Source: Cylindrospermopsis raciborskii Cr2010 (GTDB lineage: Bacteria; Cyanobacteriota; Cyanobacteriia; Cyanobacteriales; Nostocaceae). Taken from it: 32,000 bases of DNA. A program made the position numbers and the translations under genes. Shown here piece after piece: positions 9,643-17,221 of this stretch (position 1 is the stretch's first letter; each line of letters starts with the position of its first letter). A model generated the notes under the pieces. The model was not told where the DNA came from and did not search any database. It saw only the letters and a program-made list of their open reading frames with translations. The stretch is from positions 2,460,001 through 2,492,000 of the forward strand of contig NZ_CP065936.1 in assembly GCF_003367075.2 (NCBI RefSeq), in the 5' to 3' direction.

Positions 9643-9756
9643 CTACGTTCATCTTACTATTTAATTCCACCCACTCCTGGAGGTTTATATTCAAAAACTA
9701 TTTGATAAACTTATCATAATCAGGAAATGTTATCAGATTTACTAATAGTAAACCCC

Positions 9757-9785
9757 TTTACAATAGAAGAAGTATCCTTTAAATT
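9757..9785 (+). promoter_or_regulatory. candidate psbA promoter (-35 TTTACA, 17-nt spacer, -10 TAAATT)
   Basis: TTTACA at 9757-9762 and TAAATT at 9780-9785. This would give a 5' UTR of roughly 60 nt, in the range known for psbA. There is no experimental support. Confidence 0.35.
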
Positions 9786-9853
9786 AGTATATCAAGTAGG
9801 GATAACCGCCTACTTATTATCATATCATAAAGCTCATAAAGCAATCATAAAAA

Positions 9854-10936
9854 ATGACCACTACCTTACAACAGCGCTCTAACGCTAGCGTATGGGATCG
9901 TTTCTGTGAATTCATCACCAGCACCGAAAACCGTATCTACGTCGGTTGGTTCGGAGTGCTAATGATCCCTACCCTATTGGCTGCAACCACCTGTTTCATT
10001 ATTGCCTTCATCGCTGCTCCCCCTGTGGATATTGATGGTATCCGCGAACCCGTGGCAGGATCTTTGATTTACGGAAACAACATCATCTCCGGTGCGGTTG
10101 TTCCTTCCTCCAACGCCATTGGTTTGCACTTCTACCCCATTTGGGAAGCTGCTTCCTTAGATGAATGGTTATATAACGGTGGTCCTTACCAGTTGGTAAT
10201 TTTCCACTTCCTGATCGGTTGCGCTTGCTACTTAGGTCGTCAGTGGGAATTGTCCTACCGCTTGGGTATGCGTCCTTGGATCTGTGTAGCTTACTCTGCG
10301 CCTTTGGCTTCTGCTACTGCAGTATTCTTGATCTACCCCATCGGACAAGGTTCCTTCTCCGACGGTATGCCTTTAGGTATTTCCGGTACATTCAACTTCA
10401 TGATTGTGTTCCAAGCTGAACACAACATTTTGATGCACCCCTTCCACATGCTAGGTGTAGCTGGTGTATTTGGTGGTAGCTTGTTCTCTGCAATGCACGG
10501 TTCTTTGGTAACCTCTTCCTTGGTGCGTGAAACCACCGAAACCGAATCTCAAAACTACGGTTACAGATTCGGTCAAGAAGAAGAAACCTATAACATCGTT
10601 GCTGCACACGGCTACTTTGGTCGTTTGATATTCCAATACGCTTCATTCAACAATAGCCGTTCTTTACACTTCTTCTTGGCTGCATGGCCAGTAGTTGGTA
10701 TTTGGTTTACTGCTTTAGGTGTAAGCACCATGGCATTCAACCTGAACGGATTCAACTTCAACCAATCCATTATTGACTCTCAAGGTCGTGTAATCGGTAC
10801 TTGGGCGGATGTAATCAACCGCGCTAACTTGGGTATGGAAGTAATGCACGAGCGCAATGCTCACAACTTCCCCTTAGACCTAGCTGCTGGTGAAGTTGCT
10901 CCTGTTGCTTTGACTGCTCCTGCAATCAATGGTTAA
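9854..10936 (+). CDS. psbA: photosystem II D1 protein (Q130, D1:1-type)
   Basis: 360 aa and near-identical to canonical D1. By my own residue count, Y161, D170, E189, H198, H215 and H332-region motifs are present. The C-terminal extension follows LDLAA ([15 protein letters not shown]). Residue 130 is Q (GRQWEL). Confidence 0.98.
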   Translation: MTTTLQQRSNASVWDRFCEFITSTENRIYVGWFGVLMIPTLLAATTCFIIAFIAAPPVDIDGIREPVAGSLIYGNNIISGAVVPSSNAIGLHFYPIWEAASLDEWLYNGGPYQLVIFHFLIGCACYLGRQWELSYRLGMRPWICVAYSAPLASATAVFLIYPIGQGSFSDGMPLGISGTFNFMIVFQAEHNILMHPFHMLGVAGVFGGSLFSAMHGSLVTSSLVRETTETESQNYGYRFGQEEETYNIVAAHGYFGRLIFQYASFNNSRSLHFFLAAWPVVGIWFTALGVSTMAFNLNGFNFNQSIIDSQGRVIGTWADVINRANLGMEVMHERNAHNFPLDLAAGEVAPVALTAPAING

Positions 10937-10965
10937 TCTCAAACAGTTTTAATTGATTGAAAATG

Positions 10966-10992
10966 CCCTCCAGTAATGGGGGGTATTTTTTT
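10966..10992 (+). terminator. rho-independent terminator of psbA
   Basis: CCCTCC(10966-10971), loop agtaat, GGGGGG(10978-10983, one G-U pair), followed by TATTTTTTT. Confidence 0.6.
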
Positions 10993-11501
10993 GGTTTCTT
11001 TTTTCAATTTTTTTAATTCAATATAAATATCCTGATCCATAGGAAATTTAGCAGAAAAGCAAAACATGATTTTAGCATACTTCCTTCAACATTATACTGG
11101 GTGACAGTATCGATAATTTCATTTTTTTAGTTAGTTATGTCTATCATTATGTCTAGCTGGAAATCTCAAGACAGGGACGACGATAAATTAAATACTGATA
11201 ACGCAACAACATCAAAATCAATCTTTCACCATCGTAAACTACCTCTAAATACTGATTGAGAATTTGAAAATTAGAGTTTTATTGGTAGTTAGGTAGTGGT
11301 GGAGGAATGCTCACCAAAGCTAATCAGATGGTACATACCTGTCCAAGAAGTTATTTATATTTCTCCAGCAATAATTATTGGGGAGTAGATTGTAATGATA
11401 TTGGTGCTTATTATGATGATTAAGCCCAATCTTTTCTAAAACCCAATAAGGATGTTTTTATTTGACGACTACCGACAAATAACATAGGAAAATCAACGGA
11501 A

Positions 11502-11876
11502 ATGGTTAGAATAAAGTCAGGATTCAACGCTGATGACCAACACCCCATTCAAGCCACTTCAGCAGATATTATTCTGCGCCAACAGCTGGAATACTCTATC
11601 AGTCGCTACTTTTATCATGGGTGTGACCGGAATATTCAAAACTTGCTCTCTTACTGTCGTTGGTACATGATAACAGATACTAAAGCTTTGACTTTAGTAA
11701 TTGAGTGTCCAGACCAGGTAAGCAATTGGCGAATTTTGCAAAAAATTGTCCCCATGGCTAGTTTACTTTACAGTGTGGTTAGCAGTGCCAAAATTCGTAT
11801 TTGTCCGCCCGATGCTGGTGCTATACCATTTGAAATGAGGGTAGATGAACTCTCTGTTTATCGGGATTGGGCGTAG
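11502..11876 (+). CDS. hypothetical protein (124 aa, four Cys)
   Basis: ATG ORF preceded by an aggaaa purine stretch. It contains HGCDR, SYCRW, IECPDQ and RICPPD. I recognise no family. Confidence 0.45.
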   Translation: MVRIKSGFNADDQHPIQATSADIILRQQLEYSISRYFYHGCDRNIQNLLSYCRWYMITDTKALTLVIECPDQVSNWRILQKIVPMASLLYSVVSSAKIRICPPDAGAIPFEMRVDELSVYRDWA

Positions 11877-11904
11877 AACCCGAGATTTATAGGTCTTATA
11901 AGTC

Positions 11905-12378
11905 CTAAGTAAAGTTAGCGTTCTCAATTGTTGTAATTAGTTCTGCAAAAACTAATTGAGCGGAGTGATTAACAGCAGGACTTAAATCTAGACCAAAATC
12001 TAGATTTTCCGCTTCAATCAAATAAACAGTCACATCCTGGGGGAAATCATCCGCAAAGATTTTTCTCCCAGCAGCTAGGGCGTGATCCCAACGGAAATCA
12101 TGCAGGTTATAACCCACTTGGGGTAGACCTTCCAATTCTTTCCCTGGGACTCTAAATATAGCACCAGGTTGGGAATTCGTGCAACTAGCATCCACAATAA
12201 TTAATTTTTTGCTTCCTCTAGCTTGGAACATCACTTCTATTCCCCCAGTACCACAATCAAAAATCCTCACCTGGGGGTGGGGATTTTCCGCCACATATTG
12301 CTGTAATTTCTGGGCAATGATTACCCCCACACCGTCATCATTACGATTGAGATTTCCGCATCCGATGATAGTTAACAT
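11905..12378 (-). CDS. [NiFe]-hydrogenase maturation endopeptidase (HupW/HoxW family)
   Basis: 157 aa. The N-terminus MLTIIGCGNLNRNDDGVGV, then DCGTGG, IIVDA and the LHDF region correspond to the HybD/HycI protease family metal-ligand positions. I cannot decide between HupW and HoxW from sequence alone. Confidence 0.85.
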   Translation of the reverse strand: MLTIIGCGNLNRNDDGVGVIIAQKLQQYVAENPHPQVRIFDCGTGGIEVMFQARGSKKLIIVDASCTNSQPGAIFRVPGKELEGLPQVGYNLHDFRWDHALAAGRKIFADDFPQDVTVYLIEAENLDFGLDLSPAVNHSAQLVFAELITTIENANFT

Positions 12379-12390
12379 GGAATGTTGATC

Positions 12391-13569
12391 TTATTTTTGC
12401 CAATACTTATATGCTGCATAGGCCAATGTCACGACTCCGGTAATAATTGCAGAGTCATCTACCTCAAATTGAGGATGATGTAAGGGATGATTGATAATTC
12501 TGTCTTTATAACCCACCCCGAGACGAAACATGGAACCAGGAGCATAATCCAAATAAACAGAAAAATCCTCTGCTCCTAGGGAGGGTTCTGGTAAAACCTG
12601 TACGTAATCGCTACCCCATGCTTCTTCCGCAGCAGATTGTAATAATTGGGTTAGGGAATAATCATTTTGCACGCTGGATATACCATGACGGTAATTCACT
12701 TGATATTTGGCATTATAACAATTACAAACGTTAGCAACTATTTTATCTATCCATGCTGGCATTTGACTGCGAGTTTCTGGGTGAAGAGACCGCACTGTAC
12801 CTAGTAACTGAACTCTATCGGCAATTACATTTGGGGCTCTACCACCACTAATTTTACCAATGCTCAATACTACAGGACGTAAGGGATTTTGAGTTCGACT
12901 AATAGCTTGCTGTAGGGCAGTAATTACTTGAGATGCAATCCAAATTGCATCTACTGCTTCATGAGGACGAGCGCCATGTCCAGATTCACCTAAAATAATA
13001 ATTTCTAAATCGTCTGCTGCTGCAGTTAATGCACCATAACGAATACCTACAGATCCGGCAGAAATAGACGGAAAAACATGAACCCCTAAAATGGCACAAA
13101 CATCATTCATTGCTCCCTCTTGTACCATCCAACCCGCACCCTGGGCAATTTCTTCTGCAGGTTGAAATAAAAACCTGATTCTCCCTTCTACATGGTTGGC
13201 TATTTCCGATAGCACCATGGCTGTTCCTAGACCTACTGTGGTATGAACATCATGTCCACAAGCGTGCATCACTCCATCCCTGGATGAACTATGGTCTAGT
13301 CCGGTACGTTCTTGTATAGGTAAGGCATCCATATCAGTACGAATTGCCAAAATCTCCTCTCTCGGATGATTGGTGAGTAATTCCCCGACAACACCAGTTT
13401 TACCCACTTCCTCTAAGACGTGCAATCCGCTGGAAGACAACACACCCGCCACAAATGCTGCAGTTTGATGTTCTTGACCACTCAGTTCCGGGTGAGCATG
13501 AAGGTGACGGTAAATTTCTCGTAAGCGAGGTGCAATATTATTACTTATTTCCTTAATGCGGTTTAGCAT
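12391..13569 (-). CDS. M20/M20D family amidohydrolase (N-acyl-amino-acid amidohydrolase-like)
   Basis: 392 aa. It has LHAHPELSGQE, MHACGHD, FLFQPAEE and GHGARPHE motifs typical of peptidase M20D. The stop lies 12 nt before the maturation-protease start. Confidence 0.85.
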   Translation of the reverse strand: MLNRIKEISNNIAPRLREIYRHLHAHPELSGQEHQTAAFVAGVLSSSGLHVLEEVGKTGVVGELLTNHPREEILAIRTDMDALPIQERTGLDHSSSRDGVMHACGHDVHTTVGLGTAMVLSEIANHVEGRIRFLFQPAEEIAQGAGWMVQEGAMNDVCAILGVHVFPSISAGSVGIRYGALTAAADDLEIIILGESGHGARPHEAVDAIWIASQVITALQQAISRTQNPLRPVVLSIGKISGGRAPNVIADRVQLLGTVRSLHPETRSQMPAWIDKIVANVCNCYNAKYQVNYRHGISSVQNDYSLTQLLQSAAEEAWGSDYVQVLPEPSLGAEDFSVYLDYAPGSMFRLGVGYKDRIINHPLHHPQFEVDDSAIITGVVTLAYAAYKYWQK

Positions 13570-13818
13570 TTTTGAAGTTATTTGGAATGTACTTTGCTAA
13601 GCTTCCTACCATGATAGTTGATTAATTGGCTAATTCAAGCATATACAGATTCTTTTTTTATCAAAAAACCAGCCAGGGATCTAGTAAAACCTAGAAATAT
13701 AAATTTTTTATAAATTTTTGTTAATTGAACTCTCAAGGGGTAGCCAAAATGGAATAGATTGGTTATATTTTACTTAATTGACTATACCGAAAGACTTATA
13801 GACTATTCAATATGTGAT

Positions 13819-13861
13819 CCCCCCAGTTTGGAACTAACCTCTCTGGGGGGGTCTTGTTTTT
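13819..13861 (+). terminator. orphan intrinsic-terminator-like hairpin (candidate sRNA 3' end)
   Basis: CCCCCCAG(13819-13826), a 16-nt loop, CTGGGGGG(13843-13850), then GTCTTGTTTTT. It sits in the divergent region between the M20 gene (-) and ffh (+), so it terminates no annotated gene. Confidence 0.45.
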
Positions 13862-13942
13862 GAGGGAGCTAGGTTCTCAAATCAAGTTTGACAATCATAA
13901 ATTATATACAATGATATATAATGTAAATTCATATTTGACCAG

Positions 13943-15385
13943 ATGTTTGATGCACTATCTGACCGCTTAGAAGCTGCCTGGAAAAAACTCCGGGGACAAG
14001 ACAAGATCTCCCAATCTAACATTCAAGATGCCTTGCGCGAAGTGCGTCGTGCTTTGTTAGAAGCAGATGTTAACTTACAGGTAGTCAAGGATTTTATTGC
14101 CGATGTTGAAACTAAGGCCCAGGGAGCAGAGGTAATATCTGGAGTACGACCTGACCAGCAGTTTATCAAAATTGTTTATGATGAACTAGTGCAGGTCATG
14201 GGAGAAGAAAATGTACCCCTAGCAGAAGCACAAAACCAAACCACCGTCGTCCTGATGGCTGGTTTACAGGGTACGGGGAAAACTACCGCTACTGCTAAGT
14301 TAGCTCTCCATTTAAGAAAAACTAATCGCAGTTGTTTGTTGGTAGCTACGGATATATATCGTCCTGCGGCTATTGATCAATTAGTTACACTAGGTAAGCA
14401 AATTGACGTACCTGTTTTTGAAATGGGTAGTGATGCTGACCCGGTTGAAATAGCTCGTCAAGGAGTGGAAAGAGCCAGGAATGAAGGGATCAACACGGTA
14501 ATTGTTGATACAGCTGGAAGGTTACAAATAGACCAGGACATGATGGCGGAATTATCCAGGATCAAATCAACTATTGAACCTGATGAAACTCTATTAGTTG
14601 TGGATGCCATGACAGGACAGGAAGCAGCTAATCTGACCCGCACCTTTCATGAACAGATTGGGATTACCGGTGCTATTTTGACTAAAATGGATGGTGATAG
14701 CCGAGGCGGTGCAGCTTTATCAGTGCGGCAAATTTCCGGAGCCCCAATTAAATTTATCGGTGTGGGGGAAAAGGTTGAAGCTCTACAGCCATTTTACCCT
14801 GACCGCATGGCATCCCGTATTTTGGGTATGGGTGATGTGCTGACCTTGGTGGAAAAAGCACAGGAGGAAATTGATCTAGCTGATGCTGAGAAAATGCAGG
14901 AGAAAATTCTCTCGGCCAGGTTTGATTTTACCGACTTCCTCAAACAGCTGCGCCTCATGAAAAATATGGGCTCTTTAGGTGGGGTTATGAAATTAATCCC
15001 CGGAATGAATAAAATTTCTGATGAGCAGTTAAAACAAGGGGAAACCCAACTAAAACGCTGTGAGTCTATGATTAGTTCTATGACTAAGCAAGAGCGTAAA
15101 GACCCAGATTTGTTGGCTAGCTCTCCTAGTCGACGCAGGCGAATCGCTTCCGGTTCTGGTTACAAAGAATCGGATGTGACTAAATTAGTATCAGACTTTC
15201 AAAAGATGCGATCGCTAATGCAGCAAATGGGACAGGGTAATTTTCCGCCAGGTATGTTTGGTGGGGGTAACCCCCTAGCAGCAGGAAATCGTCCCAGTCC
15301 AGGTTGGCGGGGTTATCCTGGAGGCGCACCACCTACCACCAAGAAAAAGAAGGAAAAAAAGAAAAAAGGATTTGGCACCCTATAG
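13943..15385 (+). CDS. ffh: signal recognition particle protein Ffh (SRP54)
   Basis: 480 aa. The N and G domains carry GLQGTGKTT, DTAGR and TKMDGD. An M domain is present, with a Gly/Pro-rich and Lys-rich C-terminal tail (TTKKKKEKKKKGFG). Confidence 0.95.
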   Translation: MFDALSDRLEAAWKKLRGQDKISQSNIQDALREVRRALLEADVNLQVVKDFIADVETKAQGAEVISGVRPDQQFIKIVYDELVQVMGEENVPLAEAQNQTTVVLMAGLQGTGKTTATAKLALHLRKTNRSCLLVATDIYRPAAIDQLVTLGKQIDVPVFEMGSDADPVEIARQGVERARNEGINTVIVDTAGRLQIDQDMMAELSRIKSTIEPDETLLVVDAMTGQEAANLTRTFHEQIGITGAILTKMDGDSRGGAALSVRQISGAPIKFIGVGEKVEALQPFYPDRMASRILGMGDVLTLVEKAQEEIDLADAEKMQEKILSARFDFTDFLKQLRLMKNMGSLGGVMKLIPGMNKISDEQLKQGETQLKRCESMISSMTKQERKDPDLLASSPSRRRRIASGSGYKESDVTKLVSDFQKMRSLMQQMGQGNFPPGMFGGGNPLAAGNRPSPGWRGYPGGAPPTTKKKKEKKKKGFGTL

Positions 15386-15476
15386 GTTTCCCTATTCCTT
15401 GATGGCTATGCTATAGTTGGGGTTTAATGCCCAAAAAATGACCACTGATAAATTAACAGGAGAATAAACTCTCAAC

Positions 15477-15740
15477 ATGATCAAATTGCGCTTAAAGCGA
15501 CTTGGTAAAAAGCGGGAAGCAAGCTACCGTATTATTGCCATTAACGACCTATCTCGTCGTGATGGTCGTCCTTTGGAAGAACTAGGATTTTACAACCCCA
15601 GAACTGATGAAGTGCGTCTTGATGTTCCTGGTATTGTAAAGCGTCTGCAACAAGGCGCTCAGCCTACGGACACAGTTCGTCGCCTTTTAGTAAAAGCTAA
15701 TGTTTTTGAACAAGTCAGTGCCAACGCCGCATCATCATAA
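15477..15740 (+). CDS. rpsP: 30S ribosomal protein S16
   Basis: 87 aa. [21 protein letters not shown]...GFYNPRT is a canonical bS16 N-terminus. Confidence 0.95.
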   Translation: MIKLRLKRLGKKREASYRIIAINDLSRRDGRPLEELGFYNPRTDEVRLDVPGIVKRLQQGAQPTDTVRRLLVKANVFEQVSANAASS

Positions 15741-16119
15741 GCTAGAGACAAAATTATCAACAACCAGTCCTAACTATACGGGACTGGTGAGATTTCTTGT
15801 GGAACCATTTTTGGACTCCCCAGGGTCTTTGAGAATCGATTGTGAAATGTCCAATACCCTAAAACGGGCTTGGATTCGCATTGCTTTTGACCCTACGGAC
15901 AAAGGCAAGGTTTTTGGTCGGGGAGGACGCAATATTCAGGCAATTAGGACTGTAGTTACAGCAGCAGCAGAATTAGCGGGTCAATCGGTATATCTGGACA
16001 TTTATGGCAATAATTCCCATAGTCCAGATGGAAGTGATGAGGAAGAAAAAATATTCCCACCCAAATCACGGAGTGGAAATACCCCCGGATCTTTTTCTAA
16101 ACCCCGTTTCCGTCGTTAA
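15700..16119 (+). CDS. KH-domain RNA-binding protein (YlqC/UPF0109-like); start uncertain
   Basis: The KH core is [21 protein letters not shown]...[16 protein letters not shown]. The ATG at 15700 overlaps rpsP by 41 nt. The only in-frame alternatives after the rpsP stop are CTG 15784 and GTG 15787. Confidence 0.75.
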   Translation: MFLNKSVPTPHHHKLETKLSTTSPNYTGLVRFLVEPFLDSPGSLRIDCEMSNTLKRAWIRIAFDPTDKGKVFGRGGRNIQAIRTVVTAAAELAGQSVYLDIYGNNSHSPDGSDEEEKIFPPKSRSGNTPGSFSKPRFRR

Positions 16120-16196
16120 GTTATCAACAACCTCATACTGGGATCCTTAACTTCTTTAATGAGGTTAAGGATGTATGTTCCACGAATTTTACAAAT

Positions 16197-17150
16197 ATGG
16201 CAGGTACGGTTATAATTGGGTTGCCTAATATTCCTAGTGCGATCGCACTAGCAGGATATGGGGAAGCAAATCTGAAATTTCTGTCCCAACAAACGGGAGC
16301 TAATTTGGTTCTCAGGGGACAAGAACTTCTGGTTTCCGGTAAGGAACAACATGTGGATCTAGCAGTGAAAATAGTCCAATCCCTAGAAGAGCTTTGGAGT
16401 ACAGGGAATAATATTGCCAGTGCGGATATTTTAACCGCACGTCAAGCAATAGAGGGCGATCGCCAGGGGGAACTGCAGGATTTACAACGGGACATTCTGG
16501 CTAAGAGTCGTCGTGGTCAAGAGGTTCGCGCTAAAACTTTTCGTCAACGACAATATATTGAAGCCATTCGCAAACGAGACCTAACATTTGGTGTTGGTCC
16601 TGCGGGCACGGGTAAAACCTATCTTGCTGTTGTGGTTGCTGTACAAGAACTGCTATCTAATCAGTTTGAAAGATTGATCTTGACACGTCCTGCAGTGGAA
16701 GCTGGGGAAAGACTAGGATTTTTACCTGGGGACTTGCAGCAAAAGGTTAATCCCTACCTGCGTCCTCTTTACGACGCTATTAATGAGTTTATTGACCCGG
16801 AAAAAGTACCCAACTTGATGGAACGGGGAATCATCGAAGTGGCACCTTTGGCGTATATGCGGGGACGTACTTTAAACAATGCCTTTATCATTGTTGACGA
16901 AGCCCAAAATACTACACCTTCCCAAATGAAAATGGTGCTAACCCGCTTAGGCTTCGGTTCCCGTATGGTTATTACCGGTGATCTCACCCAAACTGATTTA
17001 CCCCTCAATCAAGACTCAGGTTTGACCGTGGCCTTACAAATTTTAAAACACGTTGAGGGTATTGCATTTTGTGAGTTTACCCAAAAGGATGTGGTGCGTC
17101 ATCCCCTGGTGCAAAGGATAGTTTCCGCCTATGAAAAACACCAGAAGTAG
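16197..17150 (+). CDS. phoH: PhoH-family ATPase
   Basis: 317 aa with Walker A GPAGTGKTYLAV, Walker B FIIVDEAQN, and ITGDLTQTDLP. Confidence 0.9.
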   Translation: MAGTVIIGLPNIPSAIALAGYGEANLKFLSQQTGANLVLRGQELLVSGKEQHVDLAVKIVQSLEELWSTGNNIASADILTARQAIEGDRQGELQDLQRDILAKSRRGQEVRAKTFRQRQYIEAIRKRDLTFGVGPAGTGKTYLAVVVAVQELLSNQFERLILTRPAVEAGERLGFLPGDLQQKVNPYLRPLYDAINEFIDPEKVPNLMERGIIEVAPLAYMRGRTLNNAFIIVDEAQNTTPSQMKMVLTRLGFGSRMVITGDLTQTDLPLNQDSGLTVALQILKHVEGIAFCEFTQKDVVRHPLVQRIVSAYEKHQK

Positions 17151-17158
17151 GGAAAACC

Positions 17159-17182
17159 CCCGCCATATAGCTATATAGCGGG
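17159..17182. terminator. palindromic hairpin between convergent phoH and the DUF4912 gene
   Basis: CCCGCCATATAG(17159-17170) pairs with CTATATAGCGGG(17171-17182) with one mismatch. There is no clear U-tract, so terminator function is uncertain. Confidence 0.35.
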
Positions 17183-17221
17183 AGAGAAATTGCAGTTATA
17201 AAGTAATGTAAAATTCAATAC

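Noticed and set aside
10219-10646. Four short ORFs inside psbA (10219..10419 +, 10333..10536 -, 10398..10646 -, 10451..10636 -)
   Set aside because: psbA is unambiguous and these are frame shadows. psbA antisense RNAs are known in other cyanobacteria, but they cannot be inferred from sequence here.
11355-11429. 24-aa hydrophobic peptide on the minus strand (TTG start; GLIIIISTNIITIYSPIIIAGEI), considered as a type I toxin-like ORF
   Set aside because: It has a non-ATG start, no Shine-Dalgarno, and no flanking antisense or terminator structure. Ile-rich peptides are expected by chance in AT-rich DNA.
12179-12388. ORF 12179..12388 (+)
   Set aside because: Antisense to the hydrogenase maturation protease gene.
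14458-14643. ORF 14458..14643 (-)
   Set aside because: Antisense to ffh.
15321-15365. A/G-rich homopurine run, considered as a simple repeat or slippery tract
   Set aside because: It is in frame and encodes the Lys-rich C-terminal tail of Ffh (TTKKKKEKKKKG), a normal feature of cyanobacterial/chloroplast-type SRP54.
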